Shown here in pieces: positions 16,512 through 25,261 of a stretch of 64,000 bases of DNA. Source of the DNA: Candidatus Woesebacteria bacterium (GTDB lineage Bacteria; Patescibacteriota; Microgenomatia; UBA8517). The stretch spans positions 224,815-288,814 of the forward strand of contig CP066693.1 in NCBI GenBank assembly GCA_016432525.1, given 5' to 3'. Each line of letters begins with the position of its first letter. The first letter of the stretch is position 1. The position numbers and the translations under genes were made by a program. The notes under the pieces are model-generated. The model saw only the letters and a program-made list of their open reading frames with translations, was not told where the DNA came from and searched no databases.

Positions 16512-17984
16512 CTAAAGCTTCGTATTTAATCTCCAAATATTTGCCCCATCTAATTGGAGAACATTGAAGTAATTTCTAGCCAAAAAACTATAAAGTTCAG
16601 GGAAGTTATCAGAATTAGGCAAAACAACAATATACGCAGGTTTATTCTTATTAAGAGCCGATATCACGTCTCCATGTGTTGTAAAGTCATTAATATGATA
16701 TGGTGCAACATATTTTAATGGTGGAAGTCTTCTTGAAAGAGCATAAATTGGCGGAGAATCACCCCAAACAAAAACTTTAGTCCCGGGCATTGTAGTTTTT
16801 GACAAAAAATCAGAAACCATATAGTTTCTGATTACGTTTCCATCAAACTCGGAAAAATACTGCTGCTTAGTTATTCTTCCTGTCGCAAAGCTTAAAAATC
16901 TATTGTAATACGAAATAGTATTATAGTGATAATACTTATAATAAACAGGAACCAGAAGAGCCAAGAAAAGTGGAATTATGGCAAAACTTTGCTCAATATT
17001 TTCATACCCTATTAAAATTGCAACAAGAATTGATGCTGGTGCCGCAACCTGTAATAAATAATGAGGATATGGCCTTTCAGATAAAGTAGCAGCAAAAAGT
17101 GAAGTCAAAAGCCAAACTGTTCCCAAAATAAAAGGAAGGCTCAATTTCTTTCTTTTTATAAAAAGGATTATTGTTCCAATTAAAACAATTGCTCCTCTTC
17201 CTAAAAGTGGTGCATTTCGAACCAAGAATGGTTTTTGTATATCTCCAGGCCTAAACGAAGAAAGATAACCCACATTTTCCAGATATGCAGCTTTAATATA
17301 ATCAAATAAAGCCCCTTTGGTATAATACCAGACAAAAAAGAAAATTATTGGAACCAAAAATGCAACAGAAATAATTAAAGTTTTTCTAATAATGTCTTTT
17401 TTATTTTTCTCAGTTATAAAAAAGTACAAAATTAAGGCTGGTAAATCAAAAGCCGCAGGGATTTTAAAAAGAGCAGCCAAAGAGAATAGTATTCCAGCTA
17501 CAATCAAAGCCCAATTCTTTTTATATCTTAGTGCAATAAAAAATCCTAAGATAATAAACCCAATCAAAAAATTCTCTGCATTAACAATATTTCCCTCCAA
17601 AAGAGGAAGAGTAGTGATAATTGCAAAAAATGTTGTCGCAGCTTTTTGAAGTTTTTCTTTTTTAGGAAACATCATCAAAGTTAGCTTCCAAAATGCATAA
17701 ACAGTCACCAAACTCCAAAAAAGCAAGATTGCTTTAAAAGATACTAAACTTCCAGAAAAACCTGCCAGATAATACAAAAGAGGCGGCTTGTTGTCGTGGA
17801 TATCCTTGTAAAGTGTCAATCCTTGCCTTACCCCTGTGCCCAGCGTCATATAAATCATCTCATCTCCATAGGAGTAAGGCTCAAAAAGTGAAGGGATTCT
17901 AAAAATGACCACGAATGCCAAAACCAAAACTACCCAAGCCGGAGCATGAATTTTCTGTAAAAATTTATTCATTTTGTAAACCAA
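16512..17984 (-). CDS. GT-C fold glycosyltransferase, ArnT/PMT-like (GT39/GT83)
   Basis: 490 aa polytopic. N-terminal PYSYGDEMIYMTLG...KPPLLYYL matches the DE..Y and KPPL.YW hallmarks of ArnT/PMT-like enzymes. Confidence 0.65.
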   Translation of the reverse strand: MVYKMNKFLQKIHAPAWVVLVLAFVVIFRIPSLFEPYSYGDEMIYMTLGTGVRQGLTLYKDIHDNKPPLLYYLAGFSGSLVSFKAILLFWSLVTVYAFWKLTLMMFPKKEKLQKAATTFFAIITTLPLLEGNIVNAENFLIGFIILGFFIALRYKKNWALIVAGILFSLAALFKIPAAFDLPALILYFFITEKNKKDIIRKTLIISVAFLVPIIFFFVWYYTKGALFDYIKAAYLENVGYLSSFRPGDIQKPFLVRNAPLLGRGAIVLIGTIILFIKRKKLSLPFILGTVWLLTSLFAATLSERPYPHYLLQVAAPASILVAILIGYENIEQSFAIIPLFLALLVPVYYKYYHYNTISYYNRFLSFATGRITKQQYFSEFDGNVIRNYMVSDFLSKTTMPGTKVFVWGDSPPIYALSRRLPPLKYVAPYHINDFTTHGDVISALNKNKPAYIVVLPNSDNFPELYSFLARNYFNVLQLDGANIWRLNTKL

Positions 17985-19291
17985 ATAAGCTTAAGATCAC
18001 CAAAATTTTTTACTTCACTTTCATTGTAACCAGGTAATTTAACTTCTTCAACAGGTCCTGAAGTAATTACTCCAATTCTGATGTATCTCTTTTTAGGTAA
18101 TTGATTCACGATATCAACTTTCTCCATTAAAGCAGTCCCAACAAAATAGGGAAGAGCGCCTCCCGGATTATAAATAGGAGCAGGTATTCCATAATATTTA
18201 GACTCCCACAAGTGGTGTGCAGTACCATTCCAGTTAATTAAATAATCATCGCCATGTTTAACTTCTTTAACATAGTCTGAAAATTCTCGAAATGGTAATT
18301 TAGTGGGGTGCGTAAAGTAATTAAAATCAATAACCAAAAACATAGCAATTATAGCTCCCAATAAAATTATATGAATCTTTCGGGTATTTGAGCTCAAAAG
18401 TATCATCGACGCAGGAATGGAGTATAAAAGATATCTATTATAAAAAATTGAACTAAATTTCTGAGAAATTCCAAATGCTAAAAGTATTGGAATCAAAAAC
18501 CAGCTTAATACAAATAAACTTTGTTTTAAATTCTGCCTCCATTTTCTTAAAACTAGTCCTAAAATCACTAAAATCAAGGCATAATCCGAAAGTTTATTAG
18601 AAATTCCAGTAGCTAAATAATCATAAATTAACCGCCTTAAATCAAGAAGCGTCGGTCTTCCAAGCCAAAATCCACTTCCTACCATTTTTGTTTGTGCATA
18701 TAAAAATGGAAGCCAGGGAAGATATAAAATCCCAACAGCTATAAAAGACAAAAACATTTGTCTAATTAGTTTTCTCTTCTTAATCTTGGCCGCCCCATGT
18801 GCAGGTTTAATAAGTTCATACAAAAACCAAAATCCCTGAACAAATAAAGCAAAAAAGGCAAAATGATGGCTGTATAAAGCAAAAAGTGTCGCAACAATAT
18901 AAGCTTTCCAATTTCTCCTCAAAAAAAAGTACATTGAAGCAACAACTCCCAAAGCTAGAATAGAATACATCCTGCCTTCAAAGGCATAGATAAAAAAGAA
19001 AGGATTAAAAAAGCTAAACAAAGCTGCTAGAATTCCTGTTTTTTTGCCCCACAAAAAAGAGGCGATTTTATAAACAAAAAAGATAGCGATACAGTAATAA
19101 AAAAAAGATAATCCTCTGATTACAATCTCAGAAGTCCCAAACAATTGAAATGCAATATGCTCAGTAATGTTATATAAAGGTGGGGAAGTGTCATGGGAAA
19201 TAATTTTTAAAATATCTGGAAGGCTTTTCATCGACAAAATCGCCGAAAAAGCCTCATCTCCCCAGATACTAACATTAAACTGATTGAGCAT
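17969..19291 (-). CDS. GT-C fold glycosyltransferase, ArnT/PMT-like (second paralog)
   Basis: 440 aa polytopic with N-terminal WGDEAFSAILS...SPPLYN. Confidence 0.55.
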   Translation of the reverse strand: MLNQFNVSIWGDEAFSAILSMKSLPDILKIISHDTSPPLYNITEHIAFQLFGTSEIVIRGLSFFYYCIAIFFVYKIASFLWGKKTGILAALFSFFNPFFFIYAFEGRMYSILALGVVASMYFFLRRNWKAYIVATLFALYSHHFAFFALFVQGFWFLYELIKPAHGAAKIKKRKLIRQMFLSFIAVGILYLPWLPFLYAQTKMVGSGFWLGRPTLLDLRRLIYDYLATGISNKLSDYALILVILGLVLRKWRQNLKQSLFVLSWFLIPILLAFGISQKFSSIFYNRYLLYSIPASMILLSSNTRKIHIILLGAIIAMFLVIDFNYFTHPTKLPFREFSDYVKEVKHGDDYLINWNGTAHHLWESKYYGIPAPIYNPGGALPYFVGTALMEKVDIVNQLPKKRYIRIGVITSGPVEEVKLPGYNESEVKNFGDLKLIWFTK

Positions 19292-19310
19292 TAACTAAAG
19301 TGTAGCAAAT

Positions 19311-20801
19311 TTATACTTTCTCCGTCACCTTATACTCCATATACTTTCCAAGCATAAGCCTGGTGTGAGCATCCAATCCCGGAAGTGCTCCAAAAATAAA
19401 TCCGGTAATAGGCATTAAGATAAATTCAAATGGAACTAACAAGGCTCTCCAAAGTGGGAAAGTTGCAGGCCTTTTTGGTTTATAAAAATAATCAATTACA
19501 AACATAATAAGTAGAAACACAAGTCCAACAGTCAAAACAAAAGATGAAAGTTTTGGAACAGTGTACCCCAAAGTTGTTCTTCCAAATGCAGGATTCAAAA
19601 GCGTTGGAAGTGTAAGCCCCACAGTAATCAAAAACCAGTTTACAGGCCACAAAAAATGAGATTTTATAACATTCATAAGTCTCATTGTTTTATCAATCAA
19701 AGGTACTTTATCCACTAAAAAATAATTTTTAATAATCCATGGGACATCTGATACTCCCCAAGCCCATCTCTTAAATTGATCATATTGATTTTTCAAAGTC
19801 TTTATAAGTGTTGGCGATTTTGGAGCATCAGCATAAAGTGGAATATATAAAGGCTCAACTTCAACATTTCCTCCTCTTTTAAAATATGCCTTAAAAAATA
19901 TTCCCCAGTCTTCAGGAATTTTGTCAGGATCCCAGTATCCTGCATCATCCAAAAGCTTCAAAGATAAAGAATAATTTTGTCCGTTAATTAATTTATCTTT
20001 GCGCGAAAGCTGAGATAAATTCCAGATAGATCCAAATGTATTAGGAACTCGCGTGAGTGCTGGCACTTCCCAAATATTATTATAAAACAAAACAGCAGGT
20101 TGCCAAAAATGACTAAACCTATCTGGGTTATCCAAAAACTTAAATGTCAAAACTGAAAAATGCTTTGGGTGAAAAGTATGATCCGCATCCGAGCTTGTAA
20201 CTGTAATATAATTGATATCTTTTTTCATCTCTTTTACTAACTTATTTTTAACCCAAATTGCAGCATATCGCTCATTTGAAGATTTGCCAGCGATTTCACC
20301 GCTTGTTAATGTGTGTTCAGTAAAAAACAAATTCCCAAATTTCTTCCCAAATTTTTCTTTTAAGACTTTCATCTTTAAGGATCTATCCGTCTCATCCTCT
20401 TTTTTCTCCATCGCAACAACCGGAACAATTTGTTTTAAAGGAAAATCCTGTTTAGCGATAGAGTTTAAAGTTCGCTCTATTATATACAAAGGCTCCTTGT
20501 AAGTTGGAATAATAATTACATGAGTGACTTTTTTGTAATCAGGGAAATTTTTAATGTCAGTTAACCAATCATAAGCAATAGTTGCCTGAATTCTAAAATG
20601 GGAAATAATTGCAGCTGTCGCAAGTTCAAATGATTGATAAAACCAATAAATATTAAATAGAAGTATAAAATAGGCAACAAAAGTAGGAATAAAAAATACT
20701 CCCCAATAGGGGAGAAGAATAATATTCCAAGAAACTAGTCCTGGAATTATCTCCAAGATCCGAGTTATCAGTTTTTCATGAGCTCTGATAAATTTTGTCA
20801 T
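19311..20801 (-). CDS. Membrane-embedded family 2 glycosyltransferase (processive/synthase-like)
   Basis: 496 aa. TM helices flank a GT2 domain with VIIIPTYKEP, SSDADH, and the Q..RW motif (QYDQFKRWAWG). Confidence 0.7.
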   Translation of the reverse strand: MTKFIRAHEKLITRILEIIPGLVSWNIILLPYWGVFFIPTFVAYFILLFNIYWFYQSFELATAAIISHFRIQATIAYDWLTDIKNFPDYKKVTHVIIIPTYKEPLYIIERTLNSIAKQDFPLKQIVPVVAMEKKEDETDRSLKMKVLKEKFGKKFGNLFFTEHTLTSGEIAGKSSNERYAAIWVKNKLVKEMKKDINYITVTSSDADHTFHPKHFSVLTFKFLDNPDRFSHFWQPAVLFYNNIWEVPALTRVPNTFGSIWNLSQLSRKDKLINGQNYSLSLKLLDDAGYWDPDKIPEDWGIFFKAYFKRGGNVEVEPLYIPLYADAPKSPTLIKTLKNQYDQFKRWAWGVSDVPWIIKNYFLVDKVPLIDKTMRLMNVIKSHFLWPVNWFLITVGLTLPTLLNPAFGRTTLGYTVPKLSSFVLTVGLVFLLIMFVIDYFYKPKRPATFPLWRALLVPFEFILMPITGFIFGALPGLDAHTRLMLGKYMEYKVTEKV

Positions 20802-20810
20802 CTATTTATA

Positions 20811-22232
20811 TTAACTAATTCGGGGAAATAGCGGTTCACCACTTTTAATTTTTCCTGAGAATTGTTTTTGGATTTTTGCTGTGGTTTCAGGCAAAAATGG
20901 TTCTAAATAGACACCTATTTGCTGTAAACCTTCGACAACATCTAAAAGTATATTGATTTTATTGTTTGTGTCTCTCCAGAGTTCGTTTTCGCTAACCAAA
21001 CCATCTAATTTTTTAATTTTTTCCCAGATATCACCCAAGGCAAAATCAAAGCGGAATTCTTCTATATGCTTTTTGAGGTCAGTTGGAATTTGTATCGAAT
21101 AAAAGTATGATTCAAGATTCGCTATTTCTGCAAGTCTTGCAACCCTGGAAACCAAATTTCCAAGCCCATTTGCTAAATCTGCATTATAAGTTTCCTTAAA
21201 TTTTTCTTCAGAAAAATCTCCATCATTAAAAGGTGAAAATTTAGCCAAAACATAATATCTTAAAGCATCAGCTCCGTATTTATTAATAATCTCGACTGGG
21301 TCAATTACATTTCCCAAAGTTTTACTCATCTTAGCTCCATTAACAGTAAAATAATCATGAACAAATAAAGCTTTTGGAAGATCTAATTTTGCAGAAAGTA
21401 AAAATGCCGGGAAGTATACAGCATGGAAGCGAATTATTCCTTTTCCAATTACATGAAGATCAGCTGGCCACCATTTTTTATATTTTTTCTCATCCCATCC
21501 AAATCCAACTCCTGATTGGTAAATATTTAACGCATCAAACCAGACATAAATTCGCTGCGAACTATCTCCCGGAACTGGTACACCCCAATTTTTTGCGCGT
21601 TCATTGGTCCTTGAAATACTAATATCCTTTAATGGCTCTTTCAAAAAAGACAAAACCTCGTTTTTTCTTTTTTCTGGAAATATTTTAAGCTTATCCGTTG
21701 AAATCAAATCAATTAACTGTTTTTGGTATTTAGAAAGCTTAAAAAAATAATTTTCTTCAGATATCTCTTCAAGTTTTCGTCCTGGATGTTCAAAGCATTC
21801 ACCGTTTTCATTAAGCTCTGATTTCTCATAAAACTGCTCACACCCAACACAATAAAGTCCTGTGTAAGTTTCTTTGTAAATATCGCCCGACTTACCGCAA
21901 AGTTCCCAAAGTTTCTGAGAAGAGGAAAAATGATGAGATGAATCTGATCCTTTCTGCCAAACGTTATAATCACAATTTAATTTCTCAGTTAACTCCAAAA
22001 ACAATTTATTATTTTTGTCAACAAATTCTTGAACAGGCACTTTTTCTTTTTCAGCTGCTTGAACATTCTTTAAAGCATTTTCATCTCCTCCAGATAAAAG
22101 AAGAACTTCCTCTCCAAGAAGTTTATGATATCTGGCAATTGTATCTGCCTGTACAAACTCCAAAGCATGTCCAATGTGAGGCTTTGCGTTCACGTAAGGA
22201 ATAGCAGATGTAATATAAAACTTTTTTCTCAT
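20811..22232 (-). CDS. metG: Methionyl-tRNA synthetase (short form)
   Basis: 473 aa. ITSAIPYVNAKPHIGHA is the HIGH motif, and KMSKTLGN is the KMSKS motif. Confidence 0.85.
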   Translation of the reverse strand: MRKKFYITSAIPYVNAKPHIGHALEFVQADTIARYHKLLGEEVLLLSGGDENALKNVQAAEKEKVPVQEFVDKNNKLFLELTEKLNCDYNVWQKGSDSSHHFSSSQKLWELCGKSGDIYKETYTGLYCVGCEQFYEKSELNENGECFEHPGRKLEEISEENYFFKLSKYQKQLIDLISTDKLKIFPEKRKNEVLSFLKEPLKDISISRTNERAKNWGVPVPGDSSQRIYVWFDALNIYQSGVGFGWDEKKYKKWWPADLHVIGKGIIRFHAVYFPAFLLSAKLDLPKALFVHDYFTVNGAKMSKTLGNVIDPVEIINKYGADALRYYVLAKFSPFNDGDFSEEKFKETYNADLANGLGNLVSRVARLAEIANLESYFYSIQIPTDLKKHIEEFRFDFALGDIWEKIKKLDGLVSENELWRDTNNKINILLDVVEGLQQIGVYLEPFLPETTAKIQKQFSGKIKSGEPLFPRIS

Positions 22233-22277
22233 AGGTGAGCTTATTTTACCATTCCAAGATCTTAATCTAAAATAAAA

Positions 22278-22303
22278 GCCCTTAGTTTTTAATTTCTAAG
22301 GGC
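22278..22303 (-). terminator. Intrinsic terminator hairpin GCCCTTAG-N10-CTAAGGGC
   Basis: 8-bp stem with a U-rich tract 3' on the minus strand, between the 303-aa gene and metG. Confidence 0.5.
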
Positions 22304-22312
22304 GAATCCTGC

Positions 22313-23224
22313 CTAATCCTGTTTAAGTTTTTTAACATCCAAGGATGGCTGTTCATCACTAGTATCTGACTCATCCTCCTCGTAAACTTCCACCGCTTTA
22401 GATTTAAACTTATCACGATTATAAGCAATGTGAAGGATTTTAGATATCCATAGGTTACTATTATTAGGCGTTGACCAGTCAGTTTCATGCTGTATCAAAA
22501 TTTCAACGAAATCATTTGTCTCTAAATAGAGAGAGATATTTCTTACCTGTTCAAATTGTCCCTTCGGAGCAAATTCGTCTAGATATCTCAATAACTCCTC
22601 AGAGTTTCCATCGTAAAGATCCAAAATATCCTTTGTTACAATTACGAGATGAATCTTTTCATTGGAAAGTAGAGATAAGGCTAAAACCGAAAGCTCTCGG
22701 GTAAGATATCTATCCCGAAAATAACCAAAACATCTTTCTTGATTAATCCATGACAAGCTGATTTGTTCATCTCCAGAAAGTTTTGCAATCAAGTCTCGGC
22801 CCCAGCGAGCAGTATATTCAATTGAAACGCTTCGTTCCTGATACGAAATTACAAAAAAATCTCCGTTCTGACGTACGTCTTTTACCTCAGGTCTTCCTTC
22901 TCCTTTAGGTACAAATCTGGATAAAATCTTTTCGGGAAAATATCCTGATTCAATATATTTTTTTACCAAATCAGGATCAATGTAAAGATAATGCAGGCTT
23001 CCCGAATCATCACTCATAGTAGTAACGTCAATGGCTACTACATCAGTTTTTTCTCTTAATGCCAAATCTTTAAGGCAATATGTAATTTCTCCCAGTCCAC
23101 GCCAAAACCCAAAAAACATAAAAGGTGACGATATATTTTTGTTAGGTTCTCTTAATCTCTTTTCCTCAAAACGCTCAAGAAACGATATAATCTTCTCCAA
23201 AAATTGAATCAACTTCCTAATCAT
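22313..23224 (-). CDS. Hypothetical cytoplasmic protein with acidic C-terminal tail
   Basis: 303 aa with no recognisable motif; ends EEDESDTSDEQPSLD. Confidence 0.45.
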   Translation of the reverse strand: MIRKLIQFLEKIISFLERFEEKRLREPNKNISSPFMFFGFWRGLGEITYCLKDLALREKTDVVAIDVTTMSDDSGSLHYLYIDPDLVKKYIESGYFPEKILSRFVPKGEGRPEVKDVRQNGDFFVISYQERSVSIEYTARWGRDLIAKLSGDEQISLSWINQERCFGYFRDRYLTRELSVLALSLLSNEKIHLVIVTKDILDLYDGNSEELLRYLDEFAPKGQFEQVRNISLYLETNDFVEILIQHETDWSTPNNSNLWISKILHIAYNRDKFKSKAVEVYEEDESDTSDEQPSLDVKKLKQD

Positions 23225-23403
23225 GGTGTTTGTTCCTCACTTTGTTAACGAGCTCGCATATTTTACTACTAAATTCTACTAAAAGATAATTTTGCCAGTT
23301 GCAATAAATCCTTATTTCATAGAAAAATATTATTACTGCCCACATTCTTCTTTTGAAGTAATTCATTGGGCAAATTCATTTTTCAAGAAAGGAGGTGATT
23401 ACA

Positions 23404-23997
23404 TTGAGAAAAACTATCATAAGTTTAGGTTTAGGAGCGGCAAGTACATTTCTCATTGCTGGCTCAGTTTTTGCCTCGAACTCATCAATTGATGGAAACG
23501 GAGCCGGATCCATAAATACTATTGTATTAAAAAGCAAAATACACACACTTGTAAGTCAGTCAAACGAAGCCAATTTTTATAACAAAGTTGGAATAAAGCT
23601 CTCATCTGGTAAAAATAAGGCTAACAAAAATACAAATAGTGATGTGACCGTTGGAACAGGTGATTCAACTGCCTTAGTTGATATTACAAACCAAGCAAAT
23701 GCCAATTCAGCATCAGATCCATCAAAAAGCTGTTGTCCTTGTCAACAAAGTCAGTTAGACCCTTCAATTATTGGTAATGGAGCTGATTCAACAAACAAAA
23801 TCATTGTTGAAAATAAATGCTCAACAACTTTGGTTCAGTCAAACGACGCAAGTATATCAAATAACGTTTGGGTAAGCTCAAGTACTGGCGGTAATGTAGC
23901 TGACAAAAATACAGGGGGAAGTGTAAGTTTAAAAACTGGCTCCTCAGACGCAACAGTTACTCTTAATAACTCAGCTAATGTAAATACAGCAAACTAA
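23404..23997 (+). CDS. Secreted protein with two ~85-aa internal repeats and a CCPC motif
   Basis: AGGAGG then 8 nt then TTG start. Signal peptide MRKTIISLGLGAASTFLIAGSVFA. Repeats begin GNGAGSINTIVLKS... and GNGADSTNKIIVEN..., each ending ...N.ANVNTAN/NQANANSA. (The ORF track begins at GTG 23395.). Confidence 0.55.
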   Translation: MRKTIISLGLGAASTFLIAGSVFASNSSIDGNGAGSINTIVLKSKIHTLVSQSNEANFYNKVGIKLSSGKNKANKNTNSDVTVGTGDSTALVDITNQANANSASDPSKSCCPCQQSQLDPSIIGNGADSTNKIIVENKCSTTLVQSNDASISNNVWVSSSTGGNVADKNTGGSVSLKTGSSDATVTLNNSANVNTAN

Positions 23998-24014
23998 TTT
24001 ATATTACTGAATTC

Positions 24015-24041
24015 AAAAAACCCCATTTTTGGGGTTTTTTG
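24015..24041. terminator. Bidirectional rho-independent terminator AAAAAACCCCATTTTTGGGGTTTTTT
   Basis: CCCC/GGGG stem flanked by an A6 tract and a T6 tract, between convergent genes. Confidence 0.75.
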
Positions 24042-24042
24042 T

Positions 24043-24393
24043 TTACTTCTTTAAAAAATAAAATTCAGCAATTAAAGCCGAAATAATCAAAAGCAAAAAA
24101 TTTAAAAAGTTTCCAATTCCCAGGTATCTAAGTATTAAAAAAATTACCACTACTAAAGAAATCAATAGCCCTCGTCTGCTACTCCCAAGTAGGACCGAGA
24201 ATGTAAAAAGACAAGCAAAAAAAAGATTTACAAAAAATAAAACTAGAATTCCCTTAAAATTCGGATCCAAAAAATAAATCATAAAGAAAAGTGTTACCCA
24301 GAACAAAAAAATTACAAAGAGCGTAGGCAAAATATTTTCCCGGGTGTTTATTTGCTTTTTTTTCTGCCTGTGTATAATGTGAGTTGTGGACAT
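24043..24393 (-). CDS. Membrane protein (hypothetical)
   Basis: 116 aa with three or four TM helices. Confidence 0.4.
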   Translation of the reverse strand: MSTTHIIHRQKKKQINTRENILPTLFVIFLFWVTLFFMIYFLDPNFKGILVLFFVNLFFACLFTFSVLLGSSRRGLLISLVVVIFLILRYLGIGNFLNFLLLIISALIAEFYFLKK

Positions 24394-25240
24394 AATTTTC
24401 TTAATTTTAATACTTCTTCTTTTATGTTTTATAGTTTATTTGTTAACTAAAAAAGAAAACTCATCTGAGCTTGTCGGAATAATAAGTAACACCCTAAACC
24501 AAAGGCTTTTGGACTTACAAAAAAGTCTTGGCGAAATCGGAGAGATCGGGCGTGGTATGAAAGATTTTCAGGAATTTCTCAAAAGTCCAAAACTGAGAGG
24601 AAATGTAGGGGAACATGTTCTCAAGCAGTTATTAACAGAAATGCTTCCCAAAAACTCATTTCATCTTCAATATTCGTTTTCTAGTGGCGAGAAAGTTGAT
24701 GCAGCAATTAAAACAACTGGAGGAATTATTCCAATCGATTCCAAATTTCCAATGGAAAATTTCAGAAAAATGACTAAGGCAACAAATGATTCAGAAAAGC
24801 TAAATTTTGAAAAACAATTCATCCGTGATATCAAAATCCATATAGATTCAATTTCAAGAAAATATATTCTGACCACTGAAGGAACAATGGATTATGCCTT
24901 AATGTATATCCCATCTGAATCTGTCTATTACGAGGTAGTAAACAATGCCGACCTGTTTGATTATGCAGGCGCCCATAGCGTTCTTCCTGTTTCGCCAACA
25001 ACTTTTTATGCCTATATGAAAGTTATCTTAACAAGCTTTGAAGGAGTCAAAATTGAGAAGAAAGCAAAAGAAATTCTAAAAAATCTTAAAGCCATCCAAA
25101 AAGATTATGAAAAAGTTGAAGAAAATCTCTCTGTATTACAAAAACACGTCACAAATGCCAAAAATACAATGGATTATGTAACTAACGCTTTTGGTAAGCT
25201 CGGCCAAAAAATCTCCCATACCAAAAAGCTTCAAGGATAA
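24386..25240 (+). CDS. rmuC: DNA recombination protein RmuC
   Basis: 284 aa. N-terminal TM helix, coiled coil, and RmuC core (LRGNVGEHVLKQLL, IPIDSKFPMENF, YALMYIPSESVYYE). Confidence 0.75.
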   Translation: MDIIFLILILLLLCFIVYLLTKKENSSELVGIISNTLNQRLLDLQKSLGEIGEIGRGMKDFQEFLKSPKLRGNVGEHVLKQLLTEMLPKNSFHLQYSFSSGEKVDAAIKTTGGIIPIDSKFPMENFRKMTKATNDSEKLNFEKQFIRDIKIHIDSISRKYILTTEGTMDYALMYIPSESVYYEVVNNADLFDYAGAHSVLPVSPTTFYAYMKVILTSFEGVKIEKKAKEILKNLKAIQKDYEKVEENLSVLQKHVTNAKNTMDYVTNAFGKLGQKISHTKKLQG

Positions 25241-25261
25241 ATAGTATAATCCTCTTAACAT

